This document shows positions 1 to 9,439 of a DNA stretch of 42,376 nucleotides, in pieces. Each line of letters opens with the position of its first letter. The stretch's first letter is position 1. Made by a program: the position numbers and the translations under genes. Source of the stretch: Akkermansia sp. (GTDB taxonomy: Bacteria > Verrucomicrobiota > Verrucomicrobiia > Verrucomicrobiales > Akkermansiaceae). The notes under the pieces are model-generated. The model was not told the DNA's origin. It searched no databases and saw nothing but the letters and a program-made list of their open reading frames with translations. The stretch spans positions 1 to 42,376 of the forward strand of contig JAZOTV010000082.1 of the NCBI GenBank assembly GCA_045657815.1, read 5' to 3'.

Positions 1-609
1 CCGGAAATGCACCTCAAACGGCTTCAGAACAAGGTGGTACACACGCTGTGGGTCCTGCTGGTAGGCAGGACGCGGGTCTTGCGCCAGCGTTTCGCGCAGG
101 GCCTCACACCACTCGGCAGTGGCCCCCTTCGGTAAGGAATCAGGCAACTGCACAGCCAGCGGCTCCCAGGGCGTTTCTGTAAAGCCGCCCGCGGCCTCCG
201 GCACGGAATCCGAATACGGCACGTAGGGTTTGATATCAAAAATCGGCGTTCCATCCACCATATCAGCACCAGATACGCGAATCACCGGTCCGGGCTCCAC
301 AGAAACCAGCTTCACCACCGAAAGGCCGAGACCGTTCGGGCGAAAGGGTGAACGCGTAGCAAACACTCCCAGGCGGATATTACCCCCCAGGCGAGGCGGG
401 CGCACCGTGGGATGCCACTCCTGCCCATTGCAATGAAACTGCCAGATAAGCCAGAGGTGGGAGAACTGGTCGAGTCCGCGCACGCAATCCTCATTGCGGT
501 AAGCAGGTTCGAACACAATTTCACTGATGACATGGGGCGCAAGATTCCCTTGGCGAGGCACGCCGAATTTCTCAGCAAAGGGACTGCGGATGTAAGCGAT
601 GGGCTGCAT
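1..609 (-). CDS. tsaA: tRNA m6t6A37 methyltransferase TrmO/TsaA (3' end runs off the window)
   Basis: Not in the ORF track. Manual translation from ATG at 609 gives MQPIAYIRSPFAEKFGVPRQG...HLWLIWQFH...TVRPPRLGGNIRLGVFATRSPFRPNGLGLS...GADMVDGTPIFDIKPY...LAQDPRPAYQ, which are TrmO hallmark motifs. The ATG overlaps the upstream Nudix stop (TGATG). Confidence 0.93.
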   Translation of the reverse strand, partial: MQPIAYIRSPFAEKFGVPRQGNLAPHVISEIVFEPAYRNEDCVRGLDQFSHLWLIWQFHCNGQEWHPTVRPPRLGGNIRLGVFATRSPFRPNGLGLSVVKLVSVEPGPVIRVSGADMVDGTPIFDIKPYVPYSDSVPEAAGGFTETPWEPLAVQLPDSLPKGATAEWCEALRETLAQDPRPAYQQDPQRVYHLVLKPFEVHFR

Positions 610-1079
610 CAGAGATTAAAGAAATCGCGGAGCACCTGCTCATACACCGGGCGCTTGAAATCCGGCAGAGAGCTCAAATCCACCTCGCTGGGCTGCACCC
701 ACTTATAATCGCGGAATTCCTTGTGATCCAGCCAGGGCTCTGCCTGGTCACTGTGCATAAGGCAAAGGAAATAATGCTGCTCCTGACCAGCGTAGGGAAT
801 GCCGCGCTTACGGAACACGCGCTCGCGCTCCTGCGGCGGGTAATCATAGCGGTAAGGCCCGCGGGCGGCTATCACCTCGTACTCATTCGGGCGAAACCCG
901 GTCTCCTCCATCCCCTCGCGGCAGGCAGCATCCATGGCAGATTCGCCTTTTTTGATACCGCCCTGCGGGAACTGCCAGGCACCGGCAGGTTTCACGCGCT
1001 CGCAGAGCAGCACCCGGCCATCGGCACGCTGGTAGATAATAGCTGCATTCGGGCGATAAAGTTCAGAAGTTCCAGGCAT
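609..1079 (-). CDS. Nudix hydrolase, RppH-like RNA pyrophosphohydrolase
   Basis: YRPN...WQFPQGG, Nudix box GGIKKGESAMDAACREGMEETGF, GQEQHYF, EFRDYKW and FKRPVY follow the RppH pattern. Start moved to ATG 1079, downstream of a predicted promoter. Confidence 0.88.
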   Translation of the reverse strand: MPGTSELYRPNAAIIYQRADGRVLLCERVKPAGAWQFPQGGIKKGESAMDAACREGMEETGFRPNEYEVIAARGPYRYDYPPQERERVFRKRGIPYAGQEQHYFLCLMHSDQAEPWLDHKEFRDYKWVQPSEVDLSSLPDFKRPVYEQVLRDFFNL

Positions 1080-1108
1080 ATATATGAGAGAATGGTGTGT
1101 GTGCGCGC

Positions 1109-1137
1109 ATTCTACCATCCTTTACGCGCTAATGCAA
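1109..1137 (-). promoter_or_regulatory. sigma70-like promoter for Nudix-trmO
   Basis: TTGCAT-N17-TAGAAT with extended -10 TG on the minus strand. Confidence 0.6.
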
Positions 1138-1151
1138 GAACATCTTGATTC

Positions 1152-1181
1152 TTGACTATCCCCCATGTGATATGCTACCCT
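1152..1181 (+). promoter_or_regulatory. sigma70-like promoter, probably leaderless transcript
   Basis: TTGACT-N18-TACCCT with TG extension; the -10 ends 7 nt before ATG 1189. Confidence 0.5.
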
Positions 1182-1188
1182 TTGCCCC

Positions 1189-1833
1189 ATGAAGAGGTAC
1201 TTGTCTGCGTTTCTGCTCCCGCTGGCCTGCACGCTGCTGCTCTCGGTCTGTTCCCAGGTTCAGCAACAGCAGGAAACGAAGGAACAACGCCAGCAGGCAG
1301 AACCGGAAATGCCCGCCCCGCTGTATCTGGGTGCAGTGCACCAGGTTTTCCCGGCAGATAAGTTTGCCCTGCTCCGCCTGATTGGCCCCATTCCGCCGGA
1401 AGGTACTGTGCTGATTTCGCACCCGGCGGACGGAACAGCCGACCGCGTGGGCAACCTTATTGTCTCGGCCACGCAACACGCCCGCAATGGCATCGTTGCG
1501 GCAGATATCCGTGCAGGTTTTGTGCTGAAGGGAGACCGCGTGTTCAAATACCGCTCCATTTCCGCTGAACCGGAGGAGGAAGAGGAGCAGGATACCCAGG
1601 AACCCTTCACCCTGACCGGTGTAGAGCTTGATGTGGGGTACACGCCGTCCGACATCAAGGAAAAATTGCAGCAGGACACGCCGCAACCCGAGCAGGAGGA
1701 GGCTCCCGGCATCTCTGCAGAAACCACTGTTCTGCCAGAGGATGAGCCCGTGGCACCTGCTATTCCCGATACTCCCCCGAACAACAAACTCGATGACATT
1801 CCCGATACCATCGACGGATGGGATTCCTTTTAA
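1189..1833 (+). CDS. Exported hypothetical protein with acidic Pro/Glu-rich C-terminal tail
   Basis: 214-aa ORF with a signal/lipoprotein-like N-terminus, a small beta-rich domain and a low-complexity tail. Confidence 0.75.
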   Translation: MKRYLSAFLLPLACTLLLSVCSQVQQQQETKEQRQQAEPEMPAPLYLGAVHQVFPADKFALLRLIGPIPPEGTVLISHPADGTADRVGNLIVSATQHARNGIVAADIRAGFVLKGDRVFKYRSISAEPEEEEEQDTQEPFTLTGVELDVGYTPSDIKEKLQQDTPQPEQEEAPGISAETTVLPEDEPVAPAIPDTPPNNKLDDIPDTIDGWDSF

Positions 1834-1854
1834 TATAAACAAAATCCAACTTTT

Positions 1855-2724
1855 ATGCGACTTCAATACTACGTAGACGAGGACGGCGAGAGCACCATTG
1901 GTCTGTGGGTGCCGAAACGCGGTTGTTTCATTGATGTAACCGCCCAGGATGAACAAATATGGGCCTCCATGCTGCCGGGCGGCAAAAAACTGCGTAAGGA
2001 AATTGAAACCTGGATTTCCAAGGGTGCCGAGGACGGCGTACCCGTAGACATGAAGGGGCTGGTGGTATCCAGCGCGCTGCATGTGCAACCCTGCACCCTG
2101 GCATGTCTGGGCAAATGCTACGCTGACCACGCAAAGGAATTCAGCGGCGACACCCCCACGGAGCCATCCCTTTTCCTGAAAGCCACCTCCGCCATCTCCT
2201 CAGACCTCTCCTATGTGCTCAATCCGGAGGGTGCAACCAAGCTGGATTACGAGGTAGAGCTGGCCGTCATCATCGGCGATACCCTGCACCGCGCTACTGA
2301 GGCGGAAGCCCGCCGCGCCATCGTGGGTTACACCCTCATGTGCGATTACTCAGAGCGCAGCTACCAGCTGGAGCACGGCGGCCAGTGGACCAAGGGCAAG
2401 AGCTATGACACCTTCGCCCCCTTCGGGCCGATTTTTGTAACCAAAGATGAAATTCCGAATCCGGACAACCTGGAACTGGAACTGAAGGTAAACGGCGAGA
2501 TTCGCCAGAAGGCCAGCACCTCCCAGCTTATCATGCCGGTAGCACAACTCGTGGCCTACGTTTCCCAGTTCATGACACTGAATCCCGGAGATGTAGTCTC
2601 CACCGGCACCCCCGGTGGCGTGGCACTGGGCATGAACCCGCCGCAGTACCTCAAGCCCGGCGATGTGGTCGAATTCTCCTGTCCCGCCATCGGCACTGTC
2701 ACCCAGGTGGTGGAAGAAGAATAA
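1855..2724 (+). CDS. Fumarylacetoacetate hydrolase family protein
   Basis: Motifs LDYEVELAVIIG, DYSER, KGKSYDTFAPFGP, TLNPGDVVSTGTPGGV. Confidence 0.95.
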   Translation: MRLQYYVDEDGESTIGLWVPKRGCFIDVTAQDEQIWASMLPGGKKLRKEIETWISKGAEDGVPVDMKGLVVSSALHVQPCTLACLGKCYADHAKEFSGDTPTEPSLFLKATSAISSDLSYVLNPEGATKLDYEVELAVIIGDTLHRATEAEARRAIVGYTLMCDYSERSYQLEHGGQWTKGKSYDTFAPFGPIFVTKDEIPNPDNLELELKVNGEIRQKASTSQLIMPVAQLVAYVSQFMTLNPGDVVSTGTPGGVALGMNPPQYLKPGDVVEFSCPAIGTVTQVVEEE

Positions 2725-2860
2725 AAAAGGATTGCTTTTATAATAGCTTTTGCGTAAAATCTCCGTGCACGCACGCGCTCCCGCCCGAAGCCCGCTGTCA
2801 ATGACAGCCAGGCAGGTGGACAGAAGCGCCGCGCAGCCGCCTAACAAACAACCTACATTC

Positions 2861-3904
2861 GTGTCCCCCTATCTCTACAACCTCGCTAAGAAGTTTCTGT
2901 TCTGCATGGATCCGGAAACAGCCCACAAGGTCACCCTTGCAGGGCTGCGCACAGCCGAACACCTGCACCTGCTGCCGGCACTGACCGGCACCACCCCGGT
3001 AAATGACCCCGTTACCGTGATGGGGCTCAAATTCCCCAACCGAGTGGGCCTTGCAGCCGGTATGGACAAAGAAGCCAATACAGTGGCAGCTTTCGGTCAC
3101 CTGGGCTTCGGCTTTGTGGAGGTAGGCACACTCACCCCGCTGGCACAGCCCGGCAACCCGAAACCCCGCCTGTTCCGCTGCATTCCCCAGCAGGCTATCA
3201 TCAACCACATGGGCATTAACAACCCCGGCGTGGACGAAGGGGTGGAGAATATTCGCCGCACACGGCGGTTCAACGGCATTCTGGGCGTGAATATCAGCAA
3301 GAACAAAACCACGCCGAACACGGAAGCACACCACGATTACCTGACCTGCCTGCGCGCCGTCTGGGATGTGGCAGACTACGTGGCCATCAATTTCTCCTGC
3401 CCGAATGTACCGAATCTGCAGGATCTGGCCAAGGCAGACAGCGCCGCAGATCTGCTCTCCCTCATGAAGAGCGAACAGGCAAACCTCTCCAACGATACCG
3501 GGCGCTACGTTCCGCTGGTGATGAAGGTATCTCCGGATATGAGCGAAGCCCAGATCCGCGATCTGGCTCATGTGTTCCAGGACTGCCAGCTGGATGGCCT
3601 CATCTGCGCCAACACCACCACAACCCGTATCGGCGTAGAGAATTCTCCGCATGCGTCCCAGAGCGGCGGCATGTCCGGCAAGCCACTTTACAACCGGGCC
3701 AATGAAACCCTTGCTGCCTTTGCCCAGGAGCTCAAGGGCAGCATCCCGATTATCGGCGTGGGCGGCATCACCACGCCAGAAGACGCAGTCAGCAAGATTA
3801 AGGCCGGCGCCTCTCTGGTGCAGCTCTACAGCGGATTCATCTACAACGGCCCTGCTCTGGTGCAGGGCGCAGCACAGGCCATCAAGGAGCAGTGCCCGTT
3901 GTAA
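2861..3904 (+). CDS. pyrD: Quinone-dependent dihydroorotate dehydrogenase (class 2)
   Basis: DPETAH, NRVGLAAGMDK, GFGFVEVGTLTP, QPGNPKPRLFR, NFSCPN, KVSPD, NTT, GGMSGKP, GVGGI. The GTG start at 2861 is my estimate; the track ORF starts at 2750. Confidence 0.95.
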   Translation: MSPYLYNLAKKFLFCMDPETAHKVTLAGLRTAEHLHLLPALTGTTPVNDPVTVMGLKFPNRVGLAAGMDKEANTVAAFGHLGFGFVEVGTLTPLAQPGNPKPRLFRCIPQQAIINHMGINNPGVDEGVENIRRTRRFNGILGVNISKNKTTPNTEAHHDYLTCLRAVWDVADYVAINFSCPNVPNLQDLAKADSAADLLSLMKSEQANLSNDTGRYVPLVMKVSPDMSEAQIRDLAHVFQDCQLDGLICANTTTTRIGVENSPHASQSGGMSGKPLYNRANETLAAFAQELKGSIPIIGVGGITTPEDAVSKIKAGASLVQLYSGFIYNGPALVQGAAQAIKEQCPL

Positions 3905-3928
3905 TTTCACCACGTTTTTCTGACCAGA

Positions 3929-3964
3929 CGCGCATTCCTGCCCCGGAATGCGCGCCTTTTTCTT
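3929..3964 (+). terminator. Intrinsic terminator after pyrD
   Basis: CGCGCATTCC/GGAATGCGCG stem followed by CCTTTTTCTT. Confidence 0.7.
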
Positions 3965-4004
3965 GCTAAATACCACATTTTCCTGTCAAAGCCCTATTTG
4001 GAGT

Positions 4005-4033
4005 TTGCCACAAGGCTCATCATATGATACCAT
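4005..4033 (+). promoter_or_regulatory. sigma70-like promoter
   Basis: TTGCCA-N17-TACCAT with TG extension, upstream of ATG 4070. Confidence 0.55.
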
Positions 4034-4069
4034 AATGATAGAAGTTCCATCTTAAACCGACTGCAAGAC

Positions 4070-5599
4070 ATGAAGAAATCCTCCTTAATTCTTTCCCTTT
4101 TGATGCTGGGTATCAGCGTGGCTCAGGCTGCGCAGATGTACACGATTACCCTCACCTCTGCAGAACGATTCACGGATTGCACTGTTCACTACAAGAGCAG
4201 CAGCACCACCAAGTTCACCGGCACAGATAAAGCCGGCCAGAAGGTCACCAGGGAGGTGCCTACCTCCAGCATCATTGTAATGCGTGAAGTAGCCCAGGAG
4301 ACCCCCTCAATAGATACGCCGATTCCCGGCACGGAAACTCCCGAGGCTGAAACCCCGGCCGCTCCCGCAGCAGAGGACAAAGCCACCCCGGAGGATAAGG
4401 AGCAGCCCGCCCCCATTGCAGACGGCAACATCTCCCAGCGGGAAGGTGAAGACAAAGCAAAGGATGCCACCCTGCGCCTGCGCGAAATGCTTGCAGAGCT
4501 CGATACCCAGATGGGCAAAATCACCAAGCCCAGCCGTTCTCTGGAAAGCCTGGTAGCCCAGACAAAACGCCGCGTGACCAGCCAGTTGGAGGATATGGAC
4601 AAGAGAGCTCTGGAAGTAGCTCGACTGCAGGATGAGTTTAACAAAGCAGGCGCAGAGGACTTCTCTTTCGACAAAGTGAGCCATGACCAGCGCACCCAGT
4701 ACGAGCGCGACGGCGCAGCCGCCTACCGCGCCATGAAGATTGACATGAAGGAAAAGAAAGGGCGCCGCAAGGTAGCAGGCCTGGATAAATTCGAGGTGAT
4801 GCGCGAGCGCTATCAGGGTATTCCTGAATACAAGGAAGCCTACAAGTGGTATGTCAAGACTCTGTACGCCCTTCAGAAAAAGTGGACAGCCATGCACAAG
4901 AAGGAGGAGACCGCCCGCCAGAGACTTCAGGCAGACAAACGCGCGCTCCGCACGCGACAGGACGATGCCGAGTACAAGGAGATTGAGGCACGGCTCCGCG
5001 AGGACGGAGATGATATTGCCAAGGTATGGGTAGTTCCCCCCACCCGCAACCTCAAGATGCTTACTAATAGCGTCAACAAGGTGAAAGACGCTATTCGCCG
5101 CAATGAAAAGAGCCCGCTGGATAAGGATGCAGGTACCGTACCCGCGCTGCTGGAAGAATACTGGAAGCAGATGGACGAAGCCCGCATGGCCATGATCAGC
5201 GGCAACCTGGAAGGCGCAGAGGAAATCCTTCAGAAAAACAAGGCCTATGATACCATTCTGCGTCTCAAGCCCACCCTGTTCCCGCATGACTACCGCGCCC
5301 CGCTGACGGCACAGCATAAGGAAATGGAGCGGACCATCCGCACGCGCTCCCGTAATTATAGCAACCTGAAACGCCAGCTGGAGCGCGCCACAGAAGCGCT
5401 GGACCGCGTCACCAATGCCGCCAGTGCTCAGCTTGAAAACGCCATGAGTGCTGTGCAGAAGGAACTCGATACCGACACTGGTGAAAACACCATGGAGGTA
5501 GAGCAGGAAAAACCGGCAGAAACACCCGCAGCACAGCCTGCCGAGGGCGCACCCGCCGAGCCCGCACCGGCAGAGGAGCCTGCGAATGAGCAGAAATAA
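4070..5599 (+). CDS. Secreted coiled-coil/helical hypothetical protein
   Basis: 509 aa, Sec signal (AQA), small N-terminal beta domain, Pro/Ala/Glu linkers, long charged helices. Confidence 0.85.
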   Translation: MKKSSLILSLLMLGISVAQAAQMYTITLTSAERFTDCTVHYKSSSTTKFTGTDKAGQKVTREVPTSSIIVMREVAQETPSIDTPIPGTETPEAETPAAPAAEDKATPEDKEQPAPIADGNISQREGEDKAKDATLRLREMLAELDTQMGKITKPSRSLESLVAQTKRRVTSQLEDMDKRALEVARLQDEFNKAGAEDFSFDKVSHDQRTQYERDGAAAYRAMKIDMKEKKGRRKVAGLDKFEVMRERYQGIPEYKEAYKWYVKTLYALQKKWTAMHKKEETARQRLQADKRALRTRQDDAEYKEIEARLREDGDDIAKVWVVPPTRNLKMLTNSVNKVKDAIRRNEKSPLDKDAGTVPALLEEYWKQMDEARMAMISGNLEGAEEILQKNKAYDTILRLKPTLFPHDYRAPLTAQHKEMERTIRTRSRNYSNLKRQLERATEALDRVTNAASAQLENAMSAVQKELDTDTGENTMEVEQEKPAETPAAQPAEGAPAEPAPAEEPANEQK

Positions 5600-5625
5600 G
5601 CACATTTGACATCCTTCCTGTAACC

Positions 5626-6036
5626 ATGAGGCATCTTTTTCTGACTGCCCTCCTGTTCACCCCTTCACTTCTGCAAGCCGCGCCGGAAACGGCGCTGCCT
5701 GCCGGCGTTGTGGACGCGTTCGATTCCTATTGCAGGCTACCGGGAATCCTGGTACCCCAGCTGCAGAAGATGACGGACAAAGCCAGCGCCGATGCTCATG
5801 CACCCGAGCTCCGGAAAAGTCTGTCAAAGGTGTACACCGTGCGCGAAAAACTACACACCATGCCCCGGCTCACCCCGGCTCAGAACCAGCAGATCCGCCT
5901 GAAATATGAGAAACGCATGCGCACAGAATGGGGCCGCATGTATGCCGAGATATCCAGACTTCAGGAAGCGAGATGCTACCACTCAGCAGAACTTACAGAA
6001 GCGTTCCGACTTCTGTGCATGATGATTGAAAAATGA
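5626..6036 (+). CDS. Secreted helical hypothetical protein (paralog A)
   Basis: 136 aa with signal peptide; overlaps the next gene by ATGA. Confidence 0.8.
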   Translation: MRHLFLTALLFTPSLLQAAPETALPAGVVDAFDSYCRLPGILVPQLQKMTDKASADAHAPELRKSLSKVYTVREKLHTMPRLTPAQNQQIRLKYEKRMRTEWGRMYAEISRLQEARCYHSAELTEAFRLLCMMIEK

Positions 6037-6476
6037 AAACAGCCCTGTTCATTCTCCCTGTCATTGCATTCCTGGCCCCGACTGCAAACGCAGAAGTAGT
6101 CGATTCCACAACCCGGAACGAAGCACCGCAGACAGCGCTGCCGGAAGGAGAGCTGCGCATCCGCAGCGGCATTATAATCCTGGGTAAAATATGCCAATAC
6201 CTGGCAGAAGTGAAAGATCTTGACACGGCAGAAGCCGCCGTACCCCGCCTTATGACGCTGCTGGAGGAAATGCAGGCATGGTCACACTCCTTCAACAACC
6301 TGCCGCCGCTGAGCGAGGTGGAACTTCTCGCTTATGAGGAGCGCTATCTCCCCACCATCCGCAAAATCAACTCCATACTCGAGGCTCAGGCGGCACGCAT
6401 CGCAGCAGCAGAATACTACGGCTCCCGCAACCTCCCTGCCGTACTGGTGCGCTTCGCACAGCTCGGGCAACCTTGA
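6033..6476 (+). CDS. Secreted helical hypothetical protein (paralog B)
   Basis: 147 aa with signal peptide (ANA); same motif order as the upstream gene. Confidence 0.8.
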   Translation: MKTALFILPVIAFLAPTANAEVVDSTTRNEAPQTALPEGELRIRSGIIILGKICQYLAEVKDLDTAEAAVPRLMTLLEEMQAWSHSFNNLPPLSEVELLAYEERYLPTIRKINSILEAQAARIAAAEYYGSRNLPAVLVRFAQLGQP

Positions 6477-6506
6477 GAATTCTCTTTCCACATACACCTG
6501 AACACT

Positions 6507-7751
6507 ATGGCTACAATACGTCCCTTTGCCGCAATCCGACCGCCAAAAGAATATGCCGAGCAGGTTTCCTGCCTGCCGTATGATGTGATGAACCACAGCG
6601 AAGCCTGTGCCATGGCGGCAGGCAACGCCTCCTCCTACCTGCATATCTGCCGCGCAGATATTGATACCAGCGAAGCCGAAATTCACGATTCGGTCACCTA
6701 CGAAAAAAGCCGTGAAAACCTTCAGAAGTTTCTGGAGAAGGGTTTTCTGAAGCGGGAAGAAAAGCCCTGCTACTACATCTACCGCCAGATGATGTGGGGG
6801 CGAGTGCAGACCGGCATCGTGGGCTGTGCCAGTGTGGATGAGTACCTGGACGGCACCATCAAGAAACACGAACTCACCCGCAAGGAAAAGGAGCTCGACC
6901 GCATCAACCACTTTGACACCTGCTCCGCACAAACAGAGCCCGTATTCCTGGCCTACCGCAAGCACGAAGGTATTTCCACAACCATTCTGGAGTGGATCAA
7001 ATTCCACAAACCGGAGTACGAGTTCACCAGTGACGATGGCGTAACCCACCTGCTCTGGCCGGTAACGGATGATGAGGCCATTGGCGCTATTCGCCGCGGA
7101 TTCGAGGAAGTGCCCGTGCTCTACATTGCCGATGGGCACCACCGCACAGCATCCAGCGCAGCGGTTTCTGCCAAGCGGCGAACCGAGCACCCGGACTACA
7201 CCGGCGAGGAGGAGTTCAACTACCTCATGGCCGTGACCTTCTGCGATGAAGACCTCTTCATCATGGACTATAACCGCGTGGTATTCGACCTCAACGGCAT
7301 GAACGAAGCTGATTTTCTTACCGCCATTGGTGAGAAATTCCACATTACGCCTGCAGCACTCAAGGGCCCGCATTCACCCCGCGCCAAACATGAATTCGGC
7401 ATGTTCCTGGGTGGTAAGTGGTATGCCATAACCGCAAAGGACGGCACATTCAATGCCACCCATCCCATCGAAAGCCTGGACTGCGCTATCCTCCAGAGCA
7501 ATCTTCTGGCTCCGGTGCTCGGTATCACAGATCCCCGCACCAGCGAACGAATCGACTTTGTGGGCGGTATCCGCGGGCTGGCAGAGCTGGAAACCCGTGC
7601 AGGCAACGCCGGTGTAGCCTTTGCACTGTACCCGGTTACCATGGCAGACCTCTTCAACGTGGCAGACAGCGGCGAAATCATGCCGCCCAAGTCCACCTGG
7701 TTTGAACCGAAGCTCCGCAGTGGGCTCTTTGCTCACGAAATCGAACAATAA
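6507..7751 (+). CDS. DUF1015 family protein
   Basis: IRPF..IRP, LPYDV, IKKHELTR, YIADGHHR, IDFVGGIRG, MPPKSTWFEPKLRSG; typical position next to serA. Confidence 0.95.
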   Translation: MATIRPFAAIRPPKEYAEQVSCLPYDVMNHSEACAMAAGNASSYLHICRADIDTSEAEIHDSVTYEKSRENLQKFLEKGFLKREEKPCYYIYRQMMWGRVQTGIVGCASVDEYLDGTIKKHELTRKEKELDRINHFDTCSAQTEPVFLAYRKHEGISTTILEWIKFHKPEYEFTSDDGVTHLLWPVTDDEAIGAIRRGFEEVPVLYIADGHHRTASSAAVSAKRRTEHPDYTGEEEFNYLMAVTFCDEDLFIMDYNRVVFDLNGMNEADFLTAIGEKFHITPAALKGPHSPRAKHEFGMFLGGKWYAITAKDGTFNATHPIESLDCAILQSNLLAPVLGITDPRTSERIDFVGGIRGLAELETRAGNAGVAFALYPVTMADLFNVADSGEIMPPKSTWFEPKLRSGLFAHEIEQ

Positions 7752-7772
7752 AATCTCATTATCAATATCAGT

Positions 7773-9341
7773 ATGAAGATTCTCATTCCGACCAAGCTCG
7801 ATAAAGCTGCTGCAGCCACCCTGGTGGCCGCCGGCTATGATGTGGTGCAGGACGACAGCCTGCCCATTGAGGAAATGGTGAGTGCAAACCCCGATGCCGC
7901 CGGCATCATTGTACGTTCCGAAAAGGTCACCCCGGCCATCATTGATGCCCTGCCCGGCCTCAAATGCGTCATTCGCGCCGGCGCCGGCTATGACAACATC
8001 GATTACGTGTATGCACGCACCAGGAACATCGATGTGATGAACACGCCCGGAGCCAACTCCAACGCTGTGGCAGAAGAGGTGATAGCCATGATTCTTGCCG
8101 CCTATCGTTATGTGGTTCCGGCAGACATGACCACACGCGCCGGCGAATGGAACAAGAAGCACTACATGGGCCGCGAACTCACCAACAAAACAGTGGGTAT
8201 TCTGGGGCTCGGCAACATCGGCCGCCTGCTGGTGAAGCGTCTGCAGGGCTTCGAGTGTAAGGTTCTGGGTTATGACCACTTCCTTTCCAAGCAACGCGCC
8301 ATGAATATCGGCGCCACCCCCACGGAAATGGAAGAAATCTTTGCTGAGGCCGACATCATTTCCCTGCATGTTCCCGGTGGTCCCGCCACCCGCAACCTCA
8401 TCAATGCCGAACTCATCGGCAAAATGAAGGATGGAGCCATGCTCATTAACTGCTCCCGCTACGGTGTGGTAGATGAAGATGCCATCCGCGCAGCCAAGGC
8501 CGCCGGCAAGAATATCACCTACTGCACCGATGTGCACCCCAAAGATGCGGCAGCCATGCAGCCCAGCGCCGATGTGGCGGACCTGCTGCTGCCGCACCTG
8601 GGTGCCAACACCAGGGAGGCCAACAAAAACGCAGCCATGCGCGCGGCTCAGCAGATGATTGACTATTTCACCAAGGGAGATACCTCCTGCGTCATCAATG
8701 CGGAGCGTCCTGTGGATCTGCACCCTGCCCAGTTGCAGCTGGCTGCCATGCTTGCCAAGCTTGCCTATCATGCCGGTGGCTGCAAACCCATCCGCAAGGT
8801 TGAATGCACCTTCTACAACAACCTGCGTTCTTTCCGCAAGTGGTTTACCCCGTGGATTCTGCAAGGAGCCGTTCCCGGCGCAGAACACGGGCTCATGCCA
8901 GCGGCGGCAGAGACTTCCTTCCGCGAGCATGGCATCGTGTACAAAGCACGCGAGCCCAAGGATGACAAGCTCTATGATGATGCGCTGACCATTGATATCC
9001 ACATGGAGATGGATGGGCAGCAGATTATCAGCAGCGTGCGCGGCATCGTGGTGGATGGTAACCCGGTTGTCTCCCGCATTGCCGAATTCGACCACCTGTA
9101 TGCCACCCTGGCAGGCAACACTATCGTACTGCGTTATGCAGACCGCCCCGGCGTGGTCGCAGCCATTGGTCAGGCGCTTTCCCTGGCCGGCATCAACATC
9201 GATAACATTGTGGCACCCACGGATCACCGCAGCGGAGACTCCCTGGCCGTCATCAAGACGAACATGCCCATCTCCGATGACCAGCTGCAGGCTATCGCCA
9301 AGACGATTTCTGCCAAACTGGCCTTCGCTATTTCGATGTAA
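7773..9341 (+). CDS. serA: D-3-phosphoglycerate dehydrogenase with C-terminal ACT domain
   Basis: VRS, RAGAGYDNID, NTPGANSNAVAE, GLGNIG, SLHVP, NCSR, PHLGANT, and ACT motif DRPGVVAAIG...GINI. Confidence 0.85.
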   Translation: MKILIPTKLDKAAAATLVAAGYDVVQDDSLPIEEMVSANPDAAGIIVRSEKVTPAIIDALPGLKCVIRAGAGYDNIDYVYARTRNIDVMNTPGANSNAVAEEVIAMILAAYRYVVPADMTTRAGEWNKKHYMGRELTNKTVGILGLGNIGRLLVKRLQGFECKVLGYDHFLSKQRAMNIGATPTEMEEIFAEADIISLHVPGGPATRNLINAELIGKMKDGAMLINCSRYGVVDEDAIRAAKAAGKNITYCTDVHPKDAAAMQPSADVADLLLPHLGANTREANKNAAMRAAQQMIDYFTKGDTSCVINAERPVDLHPAQLQLAAMLAKLAYHAGGCKPIRKVECTFYNNLRSFRKWFTPWILQGAVPGAEHGLMPAAAETSFREHGIVYKAREPKDDKLYDDALTIDIHMEMDGQQIISSVRGIVVDGNPVVSRIAEFDHLYATLAGNTIVLRYADRPGVVAAIGQALSLAGINIDNIVAPTDHRSGDSLAVIKTNMPISDDQLQAIAKTISAKLAFAISM

Positions 9342-9358
9342 CGCGAACACATCATTTC

Positions 9359-9402
9359 CAGCCAGGCAGCAGCCCCCTGCTGCCTGGCTGTTTCAAATTT
9401 TT
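9359..9402 (+). terminator. Intrinsic terminator after serA
   Basis: Perfect 14-bp stem CAGCCAGGCAGCAG/CTGCTGCCTGGCTG followed by TTTCAAATTTTT. Confidence 0.75.
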
Positions 9403-9439
9403 CTGTACAACATACGTTTTCCATGTTATTGTTGGCCAC

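Noticed and set aside
7374-9350. 658-aa minus-strand ORF and similar long antisense ORFs (2798-3976, 4307-5605, 23072-24232, 33062-34201, 38617-39840, 39943-41079)
   Set aside because: All lie opposite clearly identified genes and carry no recognisable motifs.
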